This document shows, one piece after another, positions 62,044-64,000 of a stretch of 64,000 nucleotides of DNA; position 1 is the first letter of the stretch, and each line of letters begins with the position of its first letter. Under the pieces are notes generated by a model that saw only the letters and a list, made by a program, of their open reading frames with translations, was not told the origin of the DNA and ran no database searches. Source of the stretch: Glaucostegus cemiculus (taxonomy: Eukaryota); assembly GCA_976551045.1 (NCBI GenBank), contig CDPCPM010000023.1, positions 8,184,001-8,248,000 of the forward strand. The letters run 5' to 3'. Both the position numbers and the translations under genes were made by a program.

Positions 62044-62611
62044 AGATACAGAGCTGTGTGACTGACACCACAAGGACCAAACTCTTCCATGAAGCAGTTT
62101 CTTATCTGGAATGGTAAATGGTTTCTTTGAAAATGAAGACTATGGAAGATTATCTTTTTGATCCTAAGACTCAGTTTTGGTCATTAGTTCCGGAGAAGAC
62201 ACCGAAGGAATCACGAAAGACTGGTGAAGGAGACCCTGAACTTCTCTGGAGTTCCTGCCCCTGCTCTGCTGTAATGAGTTTACTTGGCTGCGTTGGAATA
62301 TTTTGTGAGGTGCTCGAAAGAAGAGAATGGAACTCTACAAAGCAAGAGCCTTCAATTTGGAGGAGAAACTGGGGAAAGAGTGCTGGACTGTGAATATTTG
62401 ACAGTTGCAACAAGGAGGTGGCACACACACAGTGGGCCTTCTGCACTGTATCATACCAGGTGACTCTAAAACAATGTACCAGAAAATCTTGGTTGTACTT
62501 CAAGCTTCCGAGTAACTCAATGGGCTGAATGCATTGTGTGTCTGAGATGGTGAGCCACATGGAACAAAGAGAGGCCAGGTTTGATTTCCTTGGTGCTTCT
62601 GCCTTCTTTCT

Positions 62612-62757
62612 TTCCAGTCCTGATGAAGGGTCTCAGCCCAAAACATCGACTGTTCATTTCCCCCCATAGATGCTGCCTGACCGGCTGAGTTCCTCCAGCA
62701 TTTTTTTTTTGGTGTCTTGCTCCAGCTTTCCAGCAGTTGCAGCCTCTCTTGTGTCTT
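62612..62757 (+). mobile_element. Penelope-like terminal block with CpG-decayed hammerhead
   Basis: CAGTC-CTGATGA-AGGGTCTCAGCCC-AAAA-CATC-GACTG, then the common terminal block. Confidence 0.75.
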
Positions 62758-63659
62758 GATTTCCTTGTCTGCCTTGTATTAGCTCAGTGGTAGTCAGTGG
62801 GAATGACCCCGAAGGAGAAAGGGGGAGAAGACAAGCATCAATCTTTCCTTCTACTTTGCTGTTTCCCATCTACTGCAGCTGGAGAGTGCATGAGACTAAA
62901 GGATATCAGCTATTAGACATAGTGATGAAGCTTGTAAGCAACGCAGACGAGGAATCCACATCCTTCAGAGAAAGCAAGGAAGGGAGCAGCAATAAACACA
63001 GTGCTGGAGGGACTGAAGGATCAGGCAGCTTCTGTGGAGGGAAATAGACGGGGACACATTTGTTTGTTGCTCCAGATTCTAGCATCTGCAGTCTCTCTTA
63101 CGTTTTCAAGGAAACAAGCAAATTAGTGAGAACAGCACCATTCAGTGCTCAGCTCAGCCCCGTCACTCAATGCCTGATCCTTCGCGTCCATTCACTCGAT
63201 CACGCCTTCCTGCTCATCATCTTCCCTCACTGCCCCTTGAATTTAAAGGTTTACTTTCTTCTGTCACTGAGTTTGTGTTTCTCAAATCACACATTCTTGT
63301 TCGTGAAACATTCATTTGTTTGACTATAAGCAGGGGAGGCAGGAGTGGGGACGGATGTCACATTAAATTAAAAGTAGCTAGCAATGTGCATGTGCAAGGA
63401 TTGCAAAACCTTTAAACAAGATCTTTCTTTGTGTGTGGACAGCAGACTCGTTTAGAGCAGTGTACCTTGGGCAGCTCATCAGTGATGTTTCAGTGGCCCT
63501 CTCCTGGCAAATTAGTCAAAGTGCACACATGATATTAAGGGTCTGTCTACACAGAGCAGAGCAAAACAAGGGGATTAAAGGCAAGAATGGACATGCTATC
63601 TGTGAGGAAATATCAATGTCCAGTGGTCTGGTGAGCATACTGTTAAATCCGGCAGACAA

Positions 63660-63982
63660 GGTGGCTCAGTGGCACAGCTAGTAGAGCTGCTGCCTCACAA
63701 TTCTAACAACCCAAGTTCAATCCTGACCTCGGGTGCTGTCTGTGTGAAGTTTGCACCTTCTCCCTGTGACCCTGTGGGTTTTCCCCCAGGTGCTCCAGTT
63801 TCCTCCCACATCCCAAAAGCACGTGGGTTGGTAGGTTAATTAGCCACTCTAAATTGCCCCTAGTGTGTGAGTGGTAGGGTCTGGGGGGAGTTGAGGGGAA
63901 TGTGGGGGCGAATAAAATGGGATTTTTGTAAATGGGTGCTTGATGGGCTCAATGGGCTGAAGGGCCTATGCTCTATATGACT
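63660..63982 (+). mobile_element. HE1-like V-SINE
   Basis: GTGGCACAGCTAGTAGAGCTGCTGCCTCAC...GTTCAATCCTGACCTCGGG, V-domain, tail GAAGGGCCT..GCTCTATATGAC. Confidence 0.88.
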
Positions 63983-64000
63983 GCACATTTATATCCAGTA

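Overview
This is vertebrate nuclear DNA. The repeat content (HE1-type V-SINEs, CR1 LINEs, Deu-domain SINE relics, many Penelope-type ends) points to a cartilaginous fish; that assignment is an inference. I found only one host coding exon: a 139-bp plus-strand exon at 17357-17495 from the rhodanese/CH2 region of a DUSP8/DUSP16-family MAP kinase phosphatase. The window therefore appears to be almost entirely intronic. The main insertion is a compact, full-length, CpG-decayed 4267-bp Ty3/Gypsy LTR retrotransposon at 40175-44441. It has two LTRs, a tRNA-Trp PBS, a PPT, gag, and PR-RT-RH-IN behind a -1 frameshift signal. The rest is truncated CR1, Rex1/Babar-like and L2 LINEs, tRNA-derived SINEs (several nested, with alternative tails), Penelope-like fragments with minimal hammerhead-ribozyme motifs and fold-backs, and a few tandem repeats. 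Most short ORFs in the track are repeat-derived or chance ORFs. There is no prokaryotic system or CRISPR array. Family names come from recalled motifs, not database searches. Boundaries of old repeats are approximate to tens of bp.
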